The translations under genes were made by a program, and so were the position numbers. From Octopus vulgaris (taxonomy: Eukaryota): a stretch of DNA of 64,000 bases. Below the pieces are notes generated by a model that worked only from the letters and a program-made list of their open reading frames with translations, was not told the origin of the DNA and did no database searches. Every line of letters starts with the position of its first letter. The stretch's first letter is position 1. Positions 54,202 through 64,000 of the stretch are shown in pieces. The stretch spans positions 77,562,001-77,626,000 of the forward strand of contig OX597823.1 in NCBI GenBank assembly GCA_951406725.2. The letters are read 5' to 3'.

Positions 54202-55055
54202 TACATATATATATATATATTTATTCTTATATTTGTTTAGTCAAGCTGGGGCACTGCCTTTAGTCGAGCAGATCAACCCCAGGACTTATTCTTTGTAAGC
54301 ATAGTACTTATTCTATCAGTCTCTTTTGCCAAACCACTAAGTTACAGGGACGTAGACACACCAACATCGGCTGTCAAGTGATGGTGGTGGGAACAAACAC
54401 AGACACACACACACACACACACACTATCACATTCTGAGAGTTTGGAATTCACAAAAGAGATTATAATGTCCAAATCAAGTGTTGATTTGAAGTATAGAAG
54501 ACACAACCAAACCACAAATATTATTGAAAACCTGAATGTTATAAGGTTGTTGCTGTAGTTGTTAATAATGTTGATGTTTGTGCTATTGACGATGATAATG
54601 AAGCTGATGATGTTGATGATGGTGGTGCTGGTTGTCGTTTTGATAATGATGATGAGGAGGAGGATGAAGGTTACGATGTTTCACGCAATAGCCATATGAG
54701 CCAGGGAAACAGCTCTTACAAAAATATTTTGCTTAGAGCTGCCTTTTTTTCTTTGTCACACTGAACACACACCACACACATACACACACACATACATACA
54801 CACAATGTTAATAGACTCCCATGAGGTCACAGTTGTTTTTACTTGTATATATATATATATTTGTTGATTTTACATCCATTATCATCAACTTAAGTAATTA
54901 AATTCTCATTTAATGGAAATTATCAAACTTCATCAGTTAATACTTGTCTGTTCCCATTAGGTTTAATATACACATACATATATATATCCATATATATATA
55001 TATACACACATACGTACATATATATATACAAATATATACACATATATGTATATAC

Positions 55056-55094
<39 letters not shown>

Positions 55095-55107
55095 TACAGA
55101 CACACAG

Positions 55108-55140
<33 letters not shown>

Positions 55141-55228
55141 CATACATATATACATACATACAAATATCTATATATATATATATATACACACACACATATA
55201 TATACATACATATATACATACATACAAA

Positions 55229-55261
<33 letters not shown>

Positions 55262-55343
55262 TCATACACATATATAAACATACATATATATATAAAAAGG
55301 AGAAGACAATGGAATAAACAATGATATTATGAACATCATTACT

Positions 55344-55424
55344 AGCTTACAGCTGTTTCCACTATAAGATGTGGTGGACTGACAGTTGAGTGCCGGAGCA
55401 ACATCTTACAGTTTCATCAAAGCT
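55344..55424 (-). ncRNA. Type I hammerhead-ribozyme-like motif with long stem II
   Basis: Minus: AGCU-UUGAUGA-A-ACUGUAAGAUGU-loop-ACAUCUUAUAGU-G-GAAAC-AGCU-GUA-AGCU. 12 bp stem II (one G-U), palindromic loop III, GUA cleavage triplet; C3U in the core and an unpaired A/G at 10.1/11.1. Confidence 0.65.
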
Positions 55425-56119
55425 TCAAATATGGAATGCAATTTATTGAGAAAATTACTGCTCCGTACTCAACTATCATTTCATACAGAGGCAACCATAT
55501 ATTGAGTCCTTCACCAGATTATTAGTTTCACAATTGCAAAGTGACATATTAAAAAAATATACAATAGGTGTAGTCATGGCTGTGTGGTAGGAAGCTTGCT
55601 TCCCAACCACATTCCTTAACTCAGCTGCTCTGCAAAAACAAGACCAATAGAATAAGCGTCAAGCCCCAAAACATAAGTACTAGGGTTGCTTTTTTTTCAA
55701 GGGAAACCCTCAAAAGCTGTGCCCCAGCATGGTCACAGTCTGATGACTGAAACGAGTAAAAGGTAAAAAAAATAATAAAATACAATAAACTCATGCCAAA
55801 TGCGTTGCAATATTTAATTATCTCCCCTTGCTCTTTTAGCTGTCTACTTTATTTTAGCCATCATTGCCAAGGTGATGCTGGAGCACTGCAACAATTTTAT
55901 GTTTACTTTTCATCTCTGCAGGATCAATCAGTAGCCAGCACTGATTGAGGAAATCTATTGTCAAAGGCATTTCATCAAAAGCATTTCGCCATCATCATTC
56001 TCCTCCTGCTCCTCCTCCACTGCCACCACCTCCTCCTCCTCCTCCTCCATATCATCATCTCATAATTTTACATCCATGGATTCTTTTTTTCTTTTTACCA
56101 TGCTTAAATGAGTTGGAAG

Positions 56120-56400
56120 GATTTCTTCTCCAGGACAGCTTCTTCACAACTTGTTGCCACGCTTTTGCATCTCTTTAGTGAGATTTCAGTCCCCTGAGAT
56201 CAAACCATCACCGATTTCTTCCCACCACGTCTTTCTCAGTCATGCCTCTTCTGTATAATTCCTTCTACTTGGATTATTTGCCATTCCTCTCCCTACCACA
56301 AATGTCAACTTTCAACTGCATCATCAGCTGTCCAATATCAACTCTGTCTTCTCTGCATCTAATTCCTTTGATGTCCAATTTTGCCTCTAGCTCGCCTGTG
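56120..56400 (-). pseudogene. Highly decayed RTE RT C-terminus
   Basis: Minus: ELEAKLDIKGIRC...QVEGI...RKTWWEE...NLTKEM...AVLEK. Confidence 0.55.
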
Positions 56401-58281
56401 CTCCATCACTATCATTTTCAGTAAAAAGTCTCATGGGAGAATTTTACAAAGGAGATGGATTGAACATCTAACACAAGCAAAATATAAAACTATTGCTGCT
56501 CGTCAGATTATCAGAAATTATGTAGCATAATCAATCTTTTTTTATTATTTTACTGGTGTCAGAAATTAGACTGCAGCCTTGGTGGAGCACTATTCCAAGT
56601 GTTTTAGGCAACCATATAGATTTTGATTCATATTTCAGTCTTGATCTTATTTTATCAATTTCTATGTATTGAATAGCTAAGTTACTTTTTGACATAATGG
56701 GATACACGAACACAGTGACATATGCACCATCACATGCTTACACATATATATAAGCATACATACAATAAAATATATGAGAAACCTCAATGAAGGTGCATCA
56801 ATGCAGCCACTAAACTTACAAGAAATAGCAGTCAAAACGCCAATCACAGAAAATGAAAATGCATTAAATTGATGATTTCAAAAACTGATGAATACCCTGC
56901 CATCAAAAATATATTAGTGGAGTTTTTTTCGATATCTGTCTCTTTATTAATGAGTATAAAATACAGACTTTGCATCTTTGTAATTCTTCATTCTTTGTGA
57001 CGCTGGAGAAAACTTTAAAAGTTTAAAAGATTGATTTGATTAATCAAGGCAAATCATCAACTTTTTTCAATCCTCACATCCCCAACTTTCCTATGAGATC
57101 CTTGTTACAGGGCTGTCCTGACAGTATATAGGCCTCAGGAAAAATCTATATGCTGCATACTTTTAGTCCCTGTTTCCATAGCATTAAAACGACCAAGACC
57201 ACAACACCTACCAAATGGAACACCAGTGGATTGGATTGTTTTAGCCAAGAACATAACACACTGTCTCGTCCAAGAATTGAAGCCACAATCTTGTAATCAT
57301 GCATGCAACACCATAATCTCTAAGCAGTTTCCTTTCACAAAGCAATGCACCAAATCCAATAGTATTTATTTATCAACTGCAAACCACATTATGCATAGAT
57401 CAGAATTAAGCTCCTAGGCCTGTGTGGCTCTCAAGCAACTGCCAAGCATACCTATGTCATAAGACAGCTTTGCTTTGATGCACTGCACCTCCAAGAAAAT
57501 AAATAAATAAATAAAATAGATGGAATTGTTATAAATGGAATGCCTTTGATAAAAGTTTAGTGCTGCCTTATCAGGGTTGACCTGGTAGTTAGAAGAACAC
57601 CAGAGCTAAGCTTAAATTTGAAGTGCCAAACCTTGTTATTATTTTTGGTCAATACTGCTTTTGAATTCAGAATCTGATTCTGATAATGGACAGCAATGCC
57701 ATTGTGTAACAGTCTCTTCTACATCAAGTCATCATATATTGATAAAAATAAACAGAAAAAGTGAAAAAGACCTCGAAAATGTCATCTTTGACTCCAAAGT
57801 GACAACAACCAGGAAAGAGAAGAAAAAGTCGTTTGCTTGTTAGCAAACACTCCTTTATTGGAAATACTCTCAAAATTCTACTTAAAATTATGTTTATATT
57901 TAGATAAACCTCTTGATTGGAAATTTTTTTTCTTCCTCCGCCAATATTCCTTCCTGTTCTTATTCATTTGTTTTTAATTCCAATTTCCAAAATCAGTCAG
58001 TCAGTAAGAATCGGTTTGGATGTAAGTCGATGCTTCAATGAATTTTCTCAATTTTCTTCTTAGAGAAACATCTTAATTTTCTTTTCTCCTTGCTTTCCTT
58101 CCATTTTCTCTTTCATCTTTTTTCCTTTCTTTTTCTTTGTTTGCTTTTGTTCTTTTTTCTACTTCTTCCTAATTTTTTTTTTCCTTTTTACTGTTTGTAT
58201 TCTCTTTTATTTTTTCTTATTTTATTTTGCCATTTTGTTCTTTCTCTCCATTCTCTTCTGCTTTTACTCTCCCCAATTCTA

Positions 58282-58325
<44 letters not shown>

Positions 58326-58623
58326 CATCTTTCCATCTTCTAACCTATCTATATTTATTCGCCATCTCTCTTTTTCTTTCTCTCTCTTTCTTTGTATCTC
58401 TCTCTTACTGCATCTCTTCCTCTCTGTCTCTGTCTGTCTTTTTCTCCCCCCTCTCTCTATCTATCTATCAATCTATCTATATCTATTCAACCATATTCTT
58501 ATATAATAATGCCACTTTTGCTTAAATTTAATGCCTCCATTATTTTTCCTCTCCCCACCACACTGCCTCCTTCCTTCCTTCCTCTCAGCCAAATACACAC
58601 ACATAAGCATACACACACACACA

Positions 58624-58666
<43 letters not shown>

Positions 58667-59759
58667 GTACATATGACCACATCATTCCTGCACAACCACA
58701 CTGACACGAACATCTACACATACACCCAGATATATACACACATACACATACATAAACCCATACACACACACACATATAAACACATACACACATAGATACA
58801 CTCACACACAAGTGCATACACGTAGTATACACTGCTTACTCACAAATAAATACATATAGAATAATCTTGTTGGATGTAGGTATTTTGGTTTCCTTCAGAA
58901 TATAGAATTGATTCACACACTCACACAAACAAACACACACATGACTGCACGTACATGAATATACTTGTACACACACTCAAACGTCCATGGACACATAGAA
59001 TCAACACACAAACCCATATGCCTGACCATAGGTACACATAAACATATATAAGAACACAAGCACATACATACACATCAAATCCATACACATACACACAAAC
59101 ACACATTCAAGTACAATTACATACATACATGCGTGTATGTCCTACACAAACACACATACACATGCACATACATGCACACAAGCACATCAAGTTCACACAA
59201 ATTTTACACAAACTCACACACACACGCACACACACACACACCACACATGCACACATTAATAAATATTCCAGCATGCATCCATCCACAGATATATACACAA
59301 ACATAAACACACCTACGCATAATTCCAAACATATATACACACATTCACACCCACACATAGATGACTCCCACACAAACACAAACCCATACACACATACATG
59401 CACAAGCTCTAATTTACACATCAAGTTCACACACAACTCCTACACACACATTCGTAAACACACACAAACATTCACAGACACACACACACATAGAAATATA
59501 TACACAACATACATTCACTCGCACACACAAACAAAAATACACTCCCATACACAGTTACAAAGATAAATATATATATATATGTACACACATGCACATACAC
59601 ACTCACTAACACACACACACACACATATACAAAGGCATACACAACACACCCAGTAAAACACGTTCTACCATACAATTACAACATGCATTCACAGGTACAT
59701 ACATCCACATTCATTCACAAATACATACACACACTTACAAATACACACATATGCAAATG

Positions 59760-60005
59760 CATACACAAAATACAAAAATACAAACGAAAGCACATTCTCA
59801 CACACAACTACAAACATACATACACATGTACACACATACACAGACATTCAAATATACACACACACACACACACATGTACAAATGCATACACAACATACAA
59901 AAATACAAACGAAAGCACATTCTCACACACAACTACAAACATACATACACATGTACACACATACACAGACATTCAAAAATACACACACATGCACACACAC
60001 ACACA
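59760..60005. repeat. Tandem duplication (about 127 bp spacing) inside a CA-rich array
   Basis: AAAATACAAACGAAAGCACATTCTCACACACAACTACAAACATACATACACATGTACACACATACACAGACATTCAAA occurs twice. Confidence 0.9.
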
Positions 60006-60351
60006 CTTACACAGAAACAACAAGCATTCTAAAACTGCATGTAAGCGAGATTCTTTCACTCTGCAAACCGCCTCACCTTACTAGAAGAATGGTTGGATGG
60101 GGAGGTTTGGAATGATAGAGAACATAATAATTCTTAGACTTTTGCCTCAAAAGGTTAGTCTTGGTAGTTTAAATATATTTCCTCTTTCTTTTCCTTCCTC
60201 CATTAGAAAATTTAAATACATTTTTCTCTTATCAAACAATTTTATTTTCTTTTATTTTTGTTTAAAGTTTTTTTTGTTTTATGTTTTAGTAAGTGACTGT
60301 GTGTATGTATGTATGTATGTGTATAAGTATATACGAGTATTTGTAAATGTA

Positions 60352-60395
<44 letters not shown>

Positions 60396-60834
60396 TGTGT
60401 ACGTATGTGTGCATATTTGGATATGTATAAGAATATGTGAGTTTACATCTGTATGTTTATATGTTTGAATGTATATATATATATATATATGAGTGTGTGT
60501 ATGTGAGTGTGATGAATACATATATACATGTTGTGTATTTGCATGTATTTCTGTATTTGTAGGTATGTATGTATGCATATATGTATATGTGAGTTTATGT
60601 GTTGATGCACATGTGTGTATCTATGTATGTGTGTATATGTGTGTGTATTTGTATTTGTGTATGTATCTATGCATATCTGTTTGAATGCATATGTAAGTAT
60701 ATGCTTGTGTATTTGTGTTCAAGTATAAGGGTGTTTGATGCATATATATGTATATGCATATATGTATATATGTATGTATATATGTATATATATGTATGTA
60801 TATGTGTATATATATATATATATGTATGTATATG

Positions 60835-60867
<33 letters not shown>

Positions 60868-60884
60868 GTGTGTATATATATATA

Positions 60885-60918
<34 letters not shown>

Positions 60919-61799
60919 GCACTATATATTTTTAGTATACACACATATATATATATATATATATACACCACGTATATACAAATACATATACATATATATG
61001 CATATACATGCACACATATATATATGTATGTACATAAATACTTGTATGTTTGTCCATTTGCATGTGTGTATTTGCACACATGTATGTGTGTTTGATGGAT
61101 ATATATATATTAGTGTGGGTGTATGTGTTTGTGTGGGTGTGTTTGTATGTGAGTGTGAATCAGTATAGCATTCCTGTGACATTGGGGTTAGAAGCTAATA
61201 TGTTCCTGGTAAATATTTTTTGGGGTGAGTGAATTTTCAGTTCAGGCAATTTCTATTATATATATATATATATATATATATATTTTATCTTTTTTTTTAT
61301 ATTTTTATTCTTTCATGAAATCCTGATCAAGTTTAATATTTCTTTAAAACAAAGTTTGCTTCCACCAAAATATGTCTCTTGAGAGACATATTCATAGAGG
61401 AATCTTTCTAAAATGCTTGATTGAAATTGAAATTCAGTGAAAAGGTAAGAGGAACAAAACAAAACAGAAAGAAAACTAAATAAGCTACTGGAACGATATA
61501 TAAAAAATAAATGGGAGTACAAGATATGTAGTTTTAGGTTTTATGCTGCAAAGAAGAGGCAAGAAGTAAAAAAAAAATATTTATAATTTATAGCTAAATT
61601 GATTTATATTATTTCTCTTCATGGATGGTTATTGAAATGCAAGTAAAATTTCTAGAATTGAAAACAATTCATATCTCTCAGTTTCAAATATGTGGAGTCC
61701 CCAAATGTACAGTTAGTAAATGGGAGGTAATCATTTCTTGATAATATTTGGTGGGATTAGAAGTTTTGAATAAAGAATTTAGGAATAAGGAAAATGTAT

Positions 61800-62023
61800 A
61801 TTCTTTTATTCTTTTACTTGTTTCAGTCATTTAACTGCAGCCATGCTGAAGCATCACCTTTAGTTGAATATATCGACCCCTGGACTTGCTCTTTGTGATA
61901 CTAGTACTTATTCTATCAGTCTCTCTTTGCTGAACCACTAAGTGACAGGAACGTAAACACACAAAAATCAGTTGTCAAGAGATTGTGGGTGGACAAACAA
62001 CAGACACATACATATAGATACAT

Positions 62024-62057
<34 letters not shown>

Positions 62058-62225
62058 ATATACAACAGGCTTCTTCCAGTTTCCATCTACCAAATCCACT
62101 CACAAGGCTTTGGTTAGCCTGAGGCTATAGTAGAAGACACTTGCCCAAGATGCCACGCAGTGGGGCTGAACCTAGAACCATGTGGTTAAGAAGCAAGCTT
62201 CTTACCACACAGCCACTCCTGCACC
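61800..62225 (-). mobile_element. Full-length SINE family B
   Basis: Matches 18433-18847. Confidence 0.9.
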
Positions 62226-62235
62226 TAGAGTATGT

Positions 62236-62695
62236 CTTTTAGCTTTCTTTTTAACTTGTTTCAGTCATTTTACAACAGTCATGCAGGAGCGCCACCTTTG
62301 AATACTTGGTTGAACAAATCTACCCTAGTTTTTGATTTTTTAAAGTCTAGGTCTATTTTTACTTTCATCAACCTCCTAAGTTACAGGGACATAAACAGAC
62401 CAACAGTTGCCAAGTGGTGTTAGGGAACAAACACAAAGATATATTCACACACACAGAAACACATAAACACACACAAACACACACAAACATACACAAGCAT
62501 ACACAAAATCACATACACCACACACACACAAACACACATGACAGGCTTCTTTTTGTTTCCTAATCCACTCACATGGTTTTTATCAGCTCATGGCTATAGC
62601 AGAACACACATGCATAAGGTGCCACACAGTGAGACTGAACCAATACCCATGTGGTTGAGAAGTAGACTTCTTACCACAGAGCCACACCTGTGCCT
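62236..62695 (-). mobile_element. Older family-B SINE directly adjacent to the previous copy
   Basis: Same layout, more diverged (CTTGTTTCAGTCATT...CTTCTTACCACAGAGCCACACCTGTGCC). Confidence 0.8.
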
Positions 62696-62789
62696 ATAAA
62701 TATACATATATTATTATTTTGCTTAAATATTTCTTAAAAGGGTCTAAAATTTCCTGTTTTAGGTAAATATATACAACACCATTTTACTC

Positions 62790-63190
62790 TTGCATAGGTT
62801 GAACAAGTTCTCTCCAACACAACATCCGGCCACTTATTGCAATCCTTTGGCATCTTTTCTGTGAATTTCCTGAGATCATCCTCCATCAGTTCTGCTTATG
62901 AATTTCTCAATCTTCCATTTCCATTTGATCCCTTCCACATGTATCTCCTGCAGTTTCTTCCACCTACATGTTATTATCATCCAATTGTATTACATGTCCA
63001 TATCAGTCAGCTTTCACTCTTGCACACTACATTTGATTTCCTCTTACACCCAGTTTTTTTCTTCCTCTCAGCTCACCTATGCCTCAGCATTCATGCACCA
63101 GAATATTACATATCTTGCATTTTATGCTGGCTTCTTTTCTTTTGACCTTCACACATCCTCTGCATTAAGTGCTCACATATCACAACCATG
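62790..63190 (-). pseudogene. Decayed RTE RT C-terminus
   Basis: Minus: ALNAEDV.R..KEAS..EKLGV..IKCSVQE.KL..YGHV..KKLQEIHVEG..AVLER across several frames. Confidence 0.65.
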
Positions 63191-63732
63191 AAGCAATGTA
63201 CTGAAAAGATATCAGAAACAAACAAAAATAAGAAAGCATAAGAGTAAACAGTATAGAGGATTAGTTTAATGCTATAGAAAAGATATAAAAAAAAAGTAAG
63301 AAGTGTTTGATATTTCGGACAGTTGCTCTTCATCAAGGAGTTTCCTTTTTTTTCCTATTTTCTTCTCTGATTTTTCTTGATAACAGACAAATGCCTAGAA
63401 TCTTTTAATAATTCTTTTTATTTATTTATTATTATTGTTATTATTATTTTTTTTGCTTGAGTGTTAAGCTAACATTATCCTCTGTTTATTCCTGGGTTTT
63501 TGTTAATGTTTTTTGTTTTTGTTTTGTCCATATCTTTTTTTTTTACGACACTAATACAAGCTTCTAGAGACTTGGATTAACCTCAATTTAGATTACACTG
63601 GATCACTGATTATTTGTCTTTGAAGAGTATTTTGTTGGTTATGGCTCAAATCATACTGCTAGGAAGATTTAAAGTAAAGTAAATGAATAAAAGGATTGTG
63701 TAAATATAAACATATAACTTTCAAAGTACTAG

Positions 63733-63769
<37 letters not shown>

Positions 63770-64000
63770 GGTAGTGGTGGTAGTGGTGGTAGTGGTGGTG
63801 ATGGTGCTGGTGCTGCTGCTACTGTTGTTATTAATGTTGCTACTGTTACTTTTAATGGTGTTGTTGCTGATGATAACTATGTTATTGCTGTGAATGTTCA
63901 GTCCTATGCTAGCCCTACTGACCAGATCTATGGTCAAAATCATTCCAGTCGTGACCATCCTGTCGTTTTATAAGTATGAAACAGAGGTGGCTTGCTAACT

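Overview
AT-rich eukaryotic, non-genic (intronic or intergenic) DNA packed with (TA)n/(CA)n/(TATC)n/(TAA)n microsatellites and transposon debris. The SINE families and repeat landscape strongly suggest an octopus (coleoid cephalopod) genome; this is inference from recalled repeat sequences. No intact protein-coding gene is supportable, and nearly all ORF-track entries are microsatellite translations. Recognisable content: at least three tRNA-derived SINE families; TTAA-flanked piggyBac-type MITEs; TA-flanked Tc1/mariner MITEs and two mariner transposase fragments; non-autonomous Helitrons with canonical TC...CTAG ends; and decayed CR1/L2, RTE and R4/Dong-like LINE fragments. The most interesting signals are (i) several dispersed, mostly degenerate type I hammerhead-ribozyme-like motifs in short elements beside (TA)n tracts and (ii) many long fold-back hairpins (24-110 bp arms), also beside microsatellites. 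Together these suggest non-autonomous Penelope-like or ribozyme-bearing micro-elements. Coordinates were counted by eye; boundaries of degenerate elements are approximate.
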